From positions 5,312,001 to 5,376,000 of the forward strand of contig OZ245742.1 in assembly GCA_965227295.1 (NCBI GenBank): a stretch of DNA of 64,000 nt. Reading direction: 5' to 3'. Shown here in pieces: positions 63,913 to 64,000 of this stretch; within the stretch, counting starts at the first letter, position 1, and each line of letters begins with the position of its first letter. The position numbers and the translations under genes were made by a program. A model generated the notes under the pieces. That model had not been told where the DNA came from. It made no database searches and saw only the letters and a program-made list of their open reading frames with translations. Source of the stretch: Leptonemataceae bacterium (GTDB taxonomy: Bacteria > Spirochaetota > Leptospiria > Leptospirales > Leptonemataceae).

Positions 63913-64000
63913 GAATATCACTGGTTCCGCTTTCGAATGACTTTTTCAGCAGTCATCTAGCCGGGGCGTGCTGTGATGGACCTGCCCCGGGTTCCACGAC

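Overview
GC-rich bacterial chromosomal segment, most likely a free-living Leptospiraceae/Leptospirales spirochaete. This is inferred from the ~920-aa GreA, the coaE-SPOR-FFLEELY-like gene run, abundant PP2C/SpoIIE signalling proteins and many Cys-lipobox proteins. About 47 CDS can be supported. Housekeeping genes include phnW, pip, clpP, rimK, corA, coaE, ppk1, a type-2 ileS and greA, alongside transporters, signalling modules and surface lipoproteins. I see no rRNA, tRNA, CRISPR array or prophage; there is an IS5-like remnant at the right end. Highlights: (1) a rimK + RimB-like protease operon divergent from a DUF1704/MATCAP-like HExxxH carboxypeptidase, a candidate writer/eraser system for protein C-terminal tails; (2) nine copies (six full-length) of an intergenic ~125-nt multi-hairpin element with compensatory base changes, often in inverted pairs; (3) an operon encoding a lamin-tail-repeat lipoprotein, a beta-barrel and a double-HKD PLD; (4) an ECF sigma ending in -AAA next to its own clpP; (5) an internally duplicated methylglyoxal synthase in an ion/osmotic operon; (6) an IleRS2 with a GIHH motif; (7) several degenerate or insert-bearing enzymes. 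All family calls come from motif recognition by eye, with no database searches. Some start codons were re-chosen relative to the ORF track.
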